The notes under the pieces are model-generated. The model saw nothing but the letters and a program-made list of their open reading frames with translations. It was not told the origin of the DNA and did no database searches. Of a stretch of DNA of 64,000 bases, positions 40,712 through 50,625 are shown one piece after another. The stretch is from positions 864,001 through 928,000 of the forward strand of contig OZ253665.1 in the NCBI GenBank assembly GCA_965263295.1. The letters run 5' to 3'. Position 1 is the stretch's first letter. The number at the start of each line of letters is the position of its first letter. This DNA is from Spirochaetia bacterium (GTDB lineage Bacteria; Spirochaetota; Spirochaetia; SP-2023). Both the position numbers and the translations under genes were made by a program.

Positions 40712-42410
40712 ATGAAATCCCAGCAATTTATTATCCTAGCTGTATTTGCAGCTACAATATTATATTTTTCGTGTGGCGGCGGTTCGAACCCCAAACGCAC
40801 TGAACTTGAGATCCGCGACGGCAAGCCGGTACTGACAATGTACTCAAACTCCAGCACGCCCAACCCCCTGACGCCGTCTGATATCGACATGGAGCTTGAA
40901 GAGCTGACCGGCTACAAAGTCGACAAGACATTTTTAGTCGCCGACCAGGCGACGAGCAGCGGGGTCTTGTTGGCGTCCGGAGAATACGCCGACCTGCTGA
41001 ACATGCGCGAGGATACGCAAAAATTTATTGATGCGGGCGTCTTCATTCCTTTGGAGAAATTAATCCGGGAAAACGCACCGCGCATCTATGAACTTTACCA
41101 GCCTTATTGGGAACAGATTAAAAGTTTGGATGGCCACATCTACGTCATTCCGGAGATTTATCCCCTCAATAGCGACATGAATGTCATTCTAGGGACTTCG
41201 GGGATAGGAGTCGGCATGTATATCCAAAAGGCCGTCCTAGAGTGGGCAGGGTATCCACTGATTACGACCCTCGCGGAGTACTTTGACTTGCTCAAACGAT
41301 ATCGCGATGCATTCCCCGAAATTGATGGGCAAGCAACTATCGCATTCTCGTTTCCGGCCGAAGGCTGGCGTTTTAACTACATGATCTACTCGGCATCCTA
41401 TCTGAGTGGCTATCCCAACGAGAGCGGACCTTTGATTGATTGCATGCGAGATGGAAATATCGACTACGAGAGCAATCCGTGTGTGGGCAAATGGGTCCCG
41501 CGCGACCCGTTCTCGGGGCAAGAATTCCACGACACCTTGCAAATTTACAACCGGGCCTATCTCGACGGCTTGATGGTCAAAGAGACTATCGTGCAGACAC
41601 ACGATCAATACAACGAAAAAAATAGCTTCTGGTCGGGTCCTGGGTGTTTTCGATCAGGAGTGGGAATTTTTAGGGGCCCAGGATGTCCTGCGCCTCGAAA
41701 TGCCCGACAGGGTGCTTTACAACGTTCCGGTGGTGCTGAAGGAAGGAATTCGAATATTTAACGCTCAAGAGATGCCAAACTACGAAAAGGGCTGGGGCAT
41801 CAGTGTAAAGGCTCCGGACCCCGTGGCGGCCATAAAATTTCTCGATGCCAATCTCAGCAAGGAAGCCATTGTGCTGACAAATTGGGGCATAAAAGACAAG
41901 GATTACCTGGTCGGCGCAGACGGAATGTATTACCGGACTGAAAAAATGCGCGCCCAGGCCCACGACAGAAGATACCGGGCAACACACTGGGGAGATTCCT
42001 TGATTTGGGTCGTGCACGGTGTATTTAGCGATGGCAATTCCGTCATCCCCGACAGCCAGCCAGCAGAATATTTTGCGCAATTAAGTGAGGCAGAGAAGGA
42101 ACTTGCAGGAGCCTACAATGTCAAGTCCATGGGCGAACTCTTCCCCCCTCTGAGCAATCGCCGCATAAAATTCAGCCCTTTATGGACTTTCACCTTTGAT
42201 AAAACTAAGGACAGAGACTACCTCAAGGTAGAAGAGAGACGCGCCGAAATTACCCGACAGTATTTTGCCAAATTAGTTTTTGCTGAAGAAGGACTGTTTG
42301 AAGCGATCTGGCACGAATACAACGAACAGATGGCCTCTATTCCCAACGCGGATATCTGGCTGGAAACCTGGCAGAATAGATTAGCTGATAGAATTGCCTC
42401 CTGGGACTGA
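40712..42410 (+). pseudogene. Carbohydrate ABC transporter substrate-binding lipoprotein (LplA-like), split by a one-base frameshift
   Basis: LYFS-C lipobox. ORFs 40712-41761 and 41700-42410 join if A7 at 41616-41622 is read as A6, giving YNEKIASGRVLGVFDQEWEF. Confidence 0.82.
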
Positions 42411-42424
42411 GAAGAAACATAAAA

Positions 42425-43375
42425 GTGGAAAGCAGAAGAATAAAACGAGGGACTTTTCGTCGGGCACTTTGGCGGGATCGCGTCGCCATCGCGATGTCCT
42501 TTCCCTTGATCATTCATCTATTTATCTTCCTGTATCTACCATTGTGGGGAGTTTTGATGGCTTTTCAGAACTTCAAGATTGCCCATGGTGTAACATTCAC
42601 CGACATTCTCCTGAGGCAAGAATGGAGTGGCCTGAACCACTTTGCAGATTATTTTTCTTCGCCGGATTTCCTGCTGACAATGAAGAACACCATTGGGATG
42701 TCCTTGATCAGCCTGGTATTCGGAACTTTTTTTTCGTTACTTCTGGCTGTTTTACTCAACGAAACCAGAGACGGCCTGTTTAAAAAGAGCACGCAGACCA
42801 TTTCCTATTTGCCCCACTTTATTTCATGGGTTGTCGCGGCAAATATTGTCATCAGTTCCCTCTCCCCTGAAGGCGGTATACTGAATGAACTTCTGTTGAA
42901 ACTGAAAATTATTGACAAGCCCATTTTATTTATGGGAGAACCCAAATACTTCTGGTGGATTATAGGGTGGAGTAACGTTTGGAAAGGCATGGGTTGGGGT
43001 GCGATTATTTATCTGGCTGCCATGACTTCGATAGATCCGCAACTTTACGAAGTTGCAGAACTCGACGGAGCGAAACGTTTGCAGCGCATTGTCCATATAA
43101 CCTTGCCGGGCATTCGTTCGACTTTTGTCCTGCTGCTGATCCTCAATATCGGGGCTCTCGCCACCGGCGGCTTTGAACAACAATACTTGCTGAAAAATCC
43201 CTTGGTTGAGCAAGAAGCCAAAACCATCGCCATCCATACGTTTCAAAAGGGGCTGGTCGAGTCGGACTTTTCTTATGCGACGGCAGTGGGCATTTTTGTC
43301 AACGCTGTGAATTTTCTTTTATTAATTTTTGCCAACAGAACGGCCAAACGGCTTGGTCAAGAAACCTTATTCTAA
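42425..43375 (+). CDS. Carbohydrate ABC transporter permease (LplB-like)
   Basis: YLPLWGVLMAFQNF, QTISYLPHFISWVV and WK.MGWGAIIYLAAM.SIDPQLYEVAELDGA (EAA loop). Confidence 0.93.
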   Translation: MESRRIKRGTFRRALWRDRVAIAMSFPLIIHLFIFLYLPLWGVLMAFQNFKIAHGVTFTDILLRQEWSGLNHFADYFSSPDFLLTMKNTIGMSLISLVFGTFFSLLLAVLLNETRDGLFKKSTQTISYLPHFISWVVAANIVISSLSPEGGILNELLLKLKIIDKPILFMGEPKYFWWIIGWSNVWKGMGWGAIIYLAAMTSIDPQLYEVAELDGAKRLQRIVHITLPGIRSTFVLLLILNIGALATGGFEQQYLLKNPLVEQEAKTIAIHTFQKGLVESDFSYATAVGIFVNAVNFLLLIFANRTAKRLGQETLF

Positions 43376-43394
43376 TTCAAAAGGAAGATTAATT

Positions 43395-44339
43395 GTGGCC
43401 AGAAGCTATTATTTCATCATCAAAAAACTGTTTGGCCTGAAACGTATCCCCACATTTTCCGATATAGTTTTCGACACTTTTAAGATCCTGTTCCTTTTAC
43501 TCACAATTCTAGTTACCGTTTATCCATTTTTAAATCTATTGGCATATTCTTTCAACAACGGTTTAGACGCCATCAAGCCCGGAATACAAATCTGGCCCAG
43601 AAAATTTACGCTACAAAATTATGCCCACATATTTGACGATATGGTCATGATTCGCGCGAGCTTTAATTCCGTCGCGCGCACTGTGATTGCCATTATAACG
43701 CAAATCTTTTGCAACGCACTTGTCGCCTTTGCGCTGAGTAAGAAAAATTTTGTGTTGCGGAAATTCTACAACACCATGTACATAATTCCCATGTATATCA
43801 GCGGCGGCTTGATTCCAACGTATTTTCTAATGCGCAGCCTCGGCCTGGTCGGCAGCTTCCACGTCTACTGGCTGCCCGGCCTGACTAGTTTTTATTACAT
43901 TATTTTAATGCGCACCTATTTTCGGCAACTTCCGCCCAGTATAATGGAATCCGCCTACATGGATGGTGCCAATGACTGGATCGTTTTTAGCCGATTGATA
44001 TTACCACTTTCGATTCCGCTACTTGCAGCCCTTGCCCTGTTTATCGGAGTCGCCGCCTGGAACTCCTGGATGGACACTCTAATTTACAATCAGGATAAAA
44101 TAAACCTGACTACCCTACAATTTGAACTTATGCGCAAACTGCAATCGGCAAACCAAGCCCTAAACATCAATGCCGACGCATTTGCCATTGCGGCGGCCAA
44201 AGGCTCGACGATAGAAGTCACCCCGAAAGTCTTGCGCGCGGCCATGACAATCGTTACTTCGCTTCCCATTATTTTACTTTATCCATTTCTGCAAAGATAT
44301 TTTATCCACGGGCTGGCCATCGGGGGAATCAAGGAATGA
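43395..44339 (+). CDS. Carbohydrate ABC transporter permease (LplC-like)
   Basis: MYISGGLIPTY, LPPSIMESAYMDGAND and LPIILLYPFLQRYF..G..IGGIKE. GTG 43395 follows AAGGAAG. Confidence 0.93.
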   Translation: MARSYYFIIKKLFGLKRIPTFSDIVFDTFKILFLLLTILVTVYPFLNLLAYSFNNGLDAIKPGIQIWPRKFTLQNYAHIFDDMVMIRASFNSVARTVIAIITQIFCNALVAFALSKKNFVLRKFYNTMYIIPMYISGGLIPTYFLMRSLGLVGSFHVYWLPGLTSFYYIILMRTYFRQLPPSIMESAYMDGANDWIVFSRLILPLSIPLLAALALFIGVAAWNSWMDTLIYNQDKINLTTLQFELMRKLQSANQALNINADAFAIAAAKGSTIEVTPKVLRAAMTIVTSLPIILLYPFLQRYFIHGLAIGGIKE

Positions 44340-45346
44340 AATTTGCAATCTGGGGAGAAGCGACGGCCAACGCCGAAGATGCATTCACCCAGGCGCTGGA
44401 CCTCGCCTGCGAGGCCGGGATAACGCGGATGCTGCCTTGCCTGTACAACACCAGAGAGGCGAAATTCAGCAGCCAAACCGCGCAGGCAAGCACCGACCTG
44501 TTTGAACGTTATCTGCTGCCTCTGGCGCGAGAGCGTCATCTGGAAGTACACGCCTGGGTAATGATGCTGCGCTACGGTGCGGACGATGCCCAGAGCAAGG
44601 CCCACTGGTTTGCGCACAACCGCCTCGGGCAATCGGCACTTGAATACCCCCAATACGTCGACTACTACACCTGGCTGTCTCCATTTGTGGCCGAAGTGCA
44701 GGCATATTTGCACAATCTGATCCGTGAAATAGCACAGTTGGAAGTCGCCGGCGTCCAGCTCGACTATATCCGCTACTGCGATCGCTTCTTGGCGCCTGGC
44801 CTGCTGCCCCTTTACAATCTGAAGGAAACGACCGAGCTCAACCCCAGCTTTGACTACGACTACCACCCCGCCGCCCTGGCCGCCTTCGAGGAAAAATACC
44901 ATTACAACCCCTTAGATGTCGATATTCGCGATCAGAAATGGCAGACCTTTCGCTTGGATGCCATCAGCGCCATCGTGCGCGACTGTGGCGAGATTGTCCG
45001 CGCCCAGGGCAAGCAGCTCAGCGCGGCGGTCTTTCCCCATCCGGGCAACGCGCCGGCCATGGTGCTGCAAGACTGGGGGCCCTGGCCTCTGGATGCAGCT
45101 TATCCGATGATTTATCACAAGTTTTACAACCAGGACTACCACTGGGTGGCGGAAGAATACAAACGCTGCCGGCAGCAGAGTCAGGCTAAAAAAGTGATAC
45201 CGGGCATTTTCTTGCCTGATTTCGTTCCGCAAGAATTGCACGATTGCCTCAAAGAATTGCAGGATGCCGCCGTCACGGAAGTTTCTCTGTTTGAACTTGG
45301 GGCACTGACACCTGAACTGGCAAAAGTTATCAAAAGATTTAGCTGA
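44336..45346 (+). CDS. Glycoside hydrolase-like family 10 (GHL10/DUF187) TIM-barrel protein
   Basis: LEVHAW, GVQLDYIRY, LSAAVFP, QDW and PMIY motifs. No signal peptide; ATGA overlap with the permease. Confidence 0.82.
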   Translation: MKFAIWGEATANAEDAFTQALDLACEAGITRMLPCLYNTREAKFSSQTAQASTDLFERYLLPLARERHLEVHAWVMMLRYGADDAQSKAHWFAHNRLGQSALEYPQYVDYYTWLSPFVAEVQAYLHNLIREIAQLEVAGVQLDYIRYCDRFLAPGLLPLYNLKETTELNPSFDYDYHPAALAAFEEKYHYNPLDVDIRDQKWQTFRLDAISAIVRDCGEIVRAQGKQLSAAVFPHPGNAPAMVLQDWGPWPLDAAYPMIYHKFYNQDYHWVAEEYKRCRQQSQAKKVIPGIFLPDFVPQELHDCLKELQDAAVTEVSLFELGALTPELAKVIKRFS

Positions 45347-46416
45347 TGATCAATACCGACGCCGACCCAGCCGACCCAATGGAAACAACCAACTGGGAAA
45401 CAGACTGGCAATACATGAAAGATATTGAGCCGCGCTCCTATAATTGCCAATATCTGGACCACGATATGGCCATTGACGGCAACATTCAAAAACCTGAGTG
45501 GCAAATTGTGCCCTTCAGTGAAGAATTTGTCGATATTGAAGGGAAATGCAAGCCCCGCCCTCTCTGGCCGACGCGGATGAAGATGCGCTGGTCTGAGGAA
45601 TATTGGTACTTTGCCGCAGAGATTACTGAGCCGCAAGTCTGGGCAAAGCTCACAGAAAAAAACACAGTAATTTTTCAAGACAACGATTTTGAAATCTTTA
45701 TCGACCCAAGTTCAAGCAACAGCAACTATTATGAATTGGAAATCAATGCGCTGAATACCATATGGGAACTGAACCTGCCCCTGCCGTATAAAGATGGCGG
45801 CAGCCCCATCAATCCCTACAATCTGCGAGGCCTCAAATCGGCCGTGCAAATACAGGGCAAGGTCAATGACCCAAGCTCGGAAGATCAGGGTTGGACGGTA
45901 GAGCTGGCAATCCCATGGTCGAGCCTACGCCCTTTCCATCAGCAGGACAAGGCTGTGCCACAATTGGGCGATTACTGGCGCGTCAATTTTTCGCGCGTGG
46001 AATGGGATGTCGATGTGCAAAATGGCCAGATCCGCAAGCTGCCGGGGCACCCCGAACACAACTGGGTCTGGAGTCCACAAGGCGTAGTGGACATGCACCG
46101 TCCCGAAAAATGGGGTTTTGTCTACTTTGTCGCCACCGGGCAGGAAACACCGATGCCCAGGCATCCGATTGAACAATTAAAAAACCATGCCATGGAACTG
46201 TATTATTTACAGGGCAAGTTAAAGCAAATCAGAGGCCGCTATTCCAGCAAGGAAGAAATCTTGCACTGGCTCAGCCCGGCAAGCGCAGAACTCTTGCAAG
46301 ATATTACTCTTCTGCGCGGCGGCCGGGCCGGGCAGAGCGGATTTCTGGCCCACTTCGCCCAAACAGAAAAGAAATGGCAACTCGCCATTAGCCATCGCTC
46401 CCAAGTCTTTTTTTAA
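45346..46416 (+). CDS. Carbohydrate-binding family 9-like (DOMON) protein
   Basis: IDGNI.KPEW, DNDFEIFIDP, YYELEINALNT.W, GWTVELAIPW, WRVNFSRV.W and NWVWSPQG.VDMH.PE.WG. Confidence 0.82.
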   Translation: MINTDADPADPMETTNWETDWQYMKDIEPRSYNCQYLDHDMAIDGNIQKPEWQIVPFSEEFVDIEGKCKPRPLWPTRMKMRWSEEYWYFAAEITEPQVWAKLTEKNTVIFQDNDFEIFIDPSSSNSNYYELEINALNTIWELNLPLPYKDGGSPINPYNLRGLKSAVQIQGKVNDPSSEDQGWTVELAIPWSSLRPFHQQDKAVPQLGDYWRVNFSRVEWDVDVQNGQIRKLPGHPEHNWVWSPQGVVDMHRPEKWGFVYFVATGQETPMPRHPIEQLKNHAMELYYLQGKLKQIRGRYSSKEEILHWLSPASAELLQDITLLRGGRAGQSGFLAHFAQTEKKWQLAISHRSQVFF

Positions 46417-47041
46417 AACAACGACAATTGAAAACTTTGTGGTCAGAACGAACCGGACCATCGCCCATTACCCGGCCCGGTGCCCGAATACGGGGGAGCG
46501 AACTTTGATTCAGTCCTGAAAAGTCGTGGGGAAATTTCAAAATCTTACAGACAGAACTTCAAAACCAGCCGGTGGCAATCCCGCTTCGGTCAACCCGGTC
46601 AACTATATTGACTTTTTAAAGCAGGAACTCTACGGAAAGTTTGAAGTAGAATTCCCGCTTGAACATGACAGATTGCTATTTCCCGCAAAACTAGCTAGAA
46701 AAAAACGATGGCATCCCTTGACCCAGAGCTGGAAAAAAACTAGGCTCCCGAAAGAAAGATAGGTCACGACTGGATATATTTTTAATTTAATTATCTGAAT
46801 TCCCTGGAATTAGCGACATGCCGCCAAACAGCCACGTTACACTTCTTTTGTTGGAAGGCGACTTTATATTCTGCCTTATCATAGCCCGCCCCAAAATGGC
46901 CAGGGCAATTTCCAAGTGTGTTTACAAATTTGGGGCCCAAAATTTATAGATTTTCCTGAAAGTATATTGAAAATAGATATTGATATCATATAATACCTCT
47001 GTCTGGAAGCAGATAATTTTATAATTCAGGAGACTAAAGAA

Positions 47042-47992
47042 ATGTATAACAATAGTTTAGCATCTCAATTAGGAAAACTTCTTATCTCAACTTTGGCGGC
47101 TGTTTTTATGTTTGCGGTTCCCGCGACAGTGTTTGCCGCCGGGAATCCCGCGAAAAGTTCTGTCGAGGAAAAATTCAAAGTGGTGACGACATTCACCATC
47201 ATCGCCGACATGGCGCGCAACGTGGCCGGCAACGCCGCCATTGTCGAGTCCATCACTAAACCTGGCGCCGAGATACATGACTACGAGCCGACTCCCCAGG
47301 ATCTCGTCAAAGCCCAGGGAGCAAAGCTGATTTTATGGAATGGCTTAAACTTGGAGACTTGGTTTAAACAATTCTTCCAGAAGCTCAAAGGCATTCCTGA
47401 AGTTTATGTGTCGAAAGGTGTCGAGCCCATTGGCATCAGCGAAGGCCCCTATACCGGCAAGCCCAACCCCCATGCCTGGATGTCGCCCAGTGCGGGCATG
47501 ATCTATGTGGAAAATATACGCGACGCCTTGATGAAATACGACCCAGCCAATGCGCCGGTATACCGCAAGAACGCTGAAAACTACAAGCGCCAGATTCAGG
47601 GGACAATTGGTCCAATTAAAGCGCAGATTGATTCTGTGCCGCCTGATCAGCGTTGGCTCGTATCCAGTGAAGGCGCCTTCAGCTATCTCGCCCGCGATTT
47701 TGGTTTAAAAGAACTATATATATGGCCGATCAACGCCGACCAAGAAGGGACGCCCCAGCAAGTGCGCAAGGTCATCGACGTTGTGAACGCCCAGCATATT
47801 CCGGTGGTTTTCAGCGAAAGTACCATATCCCCGAAGCCGGCTCAGCAAATAGCCCGGGAGACGGATGCCGAATATGGCGGCATACTTTATGTAGATTCGC
47901 TATCCGAGGCCGACGGGCCGACGCCAACTTATATTGATCTGCTTCGCGTCACATCAGATACCGTTGTCAAAGGGTTGACGTCGAGGAATTGA
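47042..47992 (+). CDS. sitA: Mn/Fe ABC transporter substrate-binding protein (SitA/YfeA)
   Basis: [43 protein letters not shown] and LYVDSLS. Confidence 0.93.
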   Translation: MYNNSLASQLGKLLISTLAAVFMFAVPATVFAAGNPAKSSVEEKFKVVTTFTIIADMARNVAGNAAIVESITKPGAEIHDYEPTPQDLVKAQGAKLILWNGLNLETWFKQFFQKLKGIPEVYVSKGVEPIGISEGPYTGKPNPHAWMSPSAGMIYVENIRDALMKYDPANAPVYRKNAENYKRQIQGTIGPIKAQIDSVPPDQRWLVSSEGAFSYLARDFGLKELYIWPINADQEGTPQQVRKVIDVVNAQHIPVVFSESTISPKPAQQIARETDAEYGGILYVDSLSEADGPTPTYIDLLRVTSDTVVKGLTSRN

Positions 47993-47996
47993 ATCA

Positions 47997-48869
47997 ATGG
48001 ATATAGGATCCACTGCGCCGGTGCTTCCCGCGCAGCCTCAGTCGCAAGAGCGAAACAGTGGCATTTGTGTGCGCAATGTCACTGTCTTCTACCGCAACGG
48101 TCATTGCGCCTTGCGGGATGCGAGCTTTGCGAGCGCGGCTGGCACGATAACGGCACTGGTCGGCGTCAATGGTTCGGGCAAATCTACACTATTCAAGGCC
48201 ATTATGGGTTTCCTCCGCCCCAGCAGGGGCGAAATCTCCATTCTTGGCCAGTCCGTCCGTGTGGCCATCAAAAAGAAGTTGGTCGCCTATGTGCCGCAAA
48301 GCGAAGAGATAGACTGGAACTTCCCGGTGCTCGTTGAAGATGTGGTCATGATGGGCCGCTATGCTTACATGGGCGCGATGCGACTGCCTCGGGCCAAAGA
48401 CAAGGAATCTGTCAGCGCCGCGCTCGCCCAAGTTGACATGGGCGATTTCCGCAAGCGCCAGATCGGAGAACTGTCCGGCGGCCAAAAGAAGCGGGTATTT
48501 TTGGCCCGTGCATTGGCCCAGGGAGCTCGCTTTATTCTGCTCGACGAGCCGTTTACCGGCGTAGACGTCAAAACTGAAGAGGCAATTGTCAAATTGCTCC
48601 TCAAGCTGCGGGATAAAGGCGATGTCATATTGGTTTCCACGCACAATCTCGGCAGTGTGCCCGAATTTTGCGACCAAGCCGTCTTGCTAAAAAACACGGT
48701 GCTGGCCTATGGCCCGACGTCGGAAGTTTTTACGAGTGAGAACCTGGAAAAAGCATTTGGCGGCATGCTCAGGCATGCCATGTTCGACGGGCAATATGTT
48801 AACGTAATTACCGATGATGAGCGGGCTTTGGTCCTGCCTTTGCCAACTGATCGGCCGCAGAATACTTGA
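47997..48869 (+). CDS. sitB: Mn/Fe ABC transporter ATP-binding protein (SitB/YfeB)
   Basis: [47 protein letters not shown] and TDDER. Confidence 0.93.
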   Translation: MDIGSTAPVLPAQPQSQERNSGICVRNVTVFYRNGHCALRDASFASAAGTITALVGVNGSGKSTLFKAIMGFLRPSRGEISILGQSVRVAIKKKLVAYVPQSEEIDWNFPVLVEDVVMMGRYAYMGAMRLPRAKDKESVSAALAQVDMGDFRKRQIGELSGGQKKRVFLARALAQGARFILLDEPFTGVDVKTEEAIVKLLLKLRDKGDVILVSTHNLGSVPEFCDQAVLLKNTVLAYGPTSEVFTSENLEKAFGGMLRHAMFDGQYVNVITDDERALVLPLPTDRPQNT

Positions 48870-49747
48870 AAATTGCGATAATGCCGTCCATGCTACTTGA
48901 GCCCTTCCACTACGCCTACATGCTCAATGCGATGTGGGTCTCATCTCTGGTGGGCGGTATATGCGCCTTTCTTTCCGCCTATGTTATACTTAAAGGCTGG
49001 TCACTGATTGGCGACGCCCTATCTCATTCAATCGTACCCGGTATCGCCGGCGCTTACATTTTGGGTTTGCCATTTTCGCTCGGTGCCTTTTTTGCCGGCG
49101 GCATAGCCGCGCTGGCCATGTTTTTACTCAACCAACGTACCAAGTTAAAAGAAGATGTGATCATTGGCCTCGTTTACTCCTCGCTCTTTGCCCTGGGTCT
49201 GTTTATGATATCGGTGCGACCGACCTCTGTAGACATTCAGCAAATAGCTCTGGGCAACATTCTGGCCATTGCACCGGGCGACATCCTACAACTGGCCATT
49301 ATCGGCTTCGTTGCCCTCACTATTTGCATTGCCAAGTGGAAAGACTTGATGCTGGTATTCTTTGACGAAAGTCACGCCCGCTCAATTGGCCTCAACACCA
49401 CCTTCCTCAAGGTTTTATTCTTTGCACTGCTGGCAGCTGTGACCGTTGCGGCCCTTCAGACTGTCGGCTTCTGCCTCGTCATCTGCATGGTGGTCACGCC
49501 CGGCGCGACAGCTTATTTATTGACCGAGCGCTTTCAGCGCTTGATTGTCATTGCCGTGACTATCGGTACCATCACGAGCTTTATCGGCGCCTATATGAGC
49601 TATTTCTTTGATGGTGCCACCGGCGGCCTCATTGTCACAATGCAAACGTTGATTTTCCTCACTGCTTTCTTTTTTGCGCCCAAACACGGCGTACTGGTGG
49701 CGCGGCGCCGGCGAGCCGAGCATTTTCCCCAGCGTTTTCTGGAGTAG
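48866..49747 (+). CDS. sitC: Mn/Fe ABC transporter permease (SitC/YfeC)
   Basis: [18 protein letters not shown] and [12 protein letters not shown]. Confidence 0.92.
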   Translation: MKIAIMPSMLLEPFHYAYMLNAMWVSSLVGGICAFLSAYVILKGWSLIGDALSHSIVPGIAGAYILGLPFSLGAFFAGGIAALAMFLLNQRTKLKEDVIIGLVYSSLFALGLFMISVRPTSVDIQQIALGNILAIAPGDILQLAIIGFVALTICIAKWKDLMLVFFDESHARSIGLNTTFLKVLFFALLAAVTVAALQTVGFCLVICMVVTPGATAYLLTERFQRLIVIAVTIGTITSFIGAYMSYFFDGATGGLIVTMQTLIFLTAFFFAPKHGVLVARRRRAEHFPQRFLE

Positions 49748-49751
49748 AATA

Positions 49752-50591
49752 ATGAATGTAGTCCAAACTTTACTCACCCCGTTTCATTTTAGTTTCATGC
49801 GCGACGCCTTTGCAGTTTCGCTGATGATCGCAGTCCCCACAGCATTGCTCTCTTGTTTCATTATCCTCAAGGGTTGGGCCCTGATGGGCGACGCGATTTC
49901 TCACGCCGTTTTTCCCGGCGTTGTGATTTCCTACATTGTCGGCCTACCTTATATCGTGGGCGCTTTCGTCGCGGGCATAATTTGTGGACTCGCCTCTGGC
50001 GCCCTGCACGAAAACAGCCGCATCAAGCAGGATACGGCCATGGGAATCGTCTTTGCCGGCATGTTTGGATTCGGACTGGTATTGTTTACCAAGATTCAGA
50101 GTACCGTGCACCTGGAACATATCTTGTTTGGCAACATGCTGGGGGTAGGGCCCGCCGAAATTGTCCAAGTCGCCCTGATTGCCCTTTGCACGACTGGCAT
50201 CATCGCGGTCAAATGGCGTGACTTGCTTTTACATTCCTTTGATCCAACACATGCGATGGCGCTAGGACTGCCGTCCAAACTCTTGCATTTCGGTCTTCTT
50301 GCCATGTTGTCCCTGACGATCGTGGGAGCAATGAGCGCCGTCGGAATCATTCTTGTCGTCGCTGTATTGGTCGCTCCGGGCGCGATTGCCTTCCTTTGGA
50401 CGCGCAAATTTAGCTCCATGTTGCTACTTTCTGTCGCAATCGCAACGACAAGCAGCTTCTTTGGCACCTATCTGAGCTTTTTTCTCGACAGCTCTCCATC
50501 GGCAACTATCGCCTTACTGCTCGCCGTATGTTTTATTATCACACTGCGAATCACAGTGCGCACAGTATCTTTGCCCAAAAGCGAAAACTAG
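49752..50591 (+). CDS. sitD: Mn/Fe ABC transporter permease (SitD/YfeD)
   Basis: LKGWALMGDAISHAVFPG, RIKQDT.MGIVF and HLEHILFGN. ATG 49752 follows GGAG. Confidence 0.92.
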   Translation: MNVVQTLLTPFHFSFMRDAFAVSLMIAVPTALLSCFIILKGWALMGDAISHAVFPGVVISYIVGLPYIVGAFVAGIICGLASGALHENSRIKQDTAMGIVFAGMFGFGLVLFTKIQSTVHLEHILFGNMLGVGPAEIVQVALIALCTTGIIAVKWRDLLLHSFDPTHAMALGLPSKLLHFGLLAMLSLTIVGAMSAVGIILVVAVLVAPGAIAFLWTRKFSSMLLLSVAIATTSSFFGTYLSFFLDSSPSATIALLLAVCFIITLRITVRTVSLPKSEN

Positions 50592-50625
50592 CCCCCAGCG
50601 AAACTAGTCTTCGTATTTTAAGCTT

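Noticed and set aside
46417..46800. 78-aa ORF and open stretches between the CBM9-like gene and sitA
   Set aside because: These could be decayed gene remnants, but I recognise no family and see no convincing RBS.
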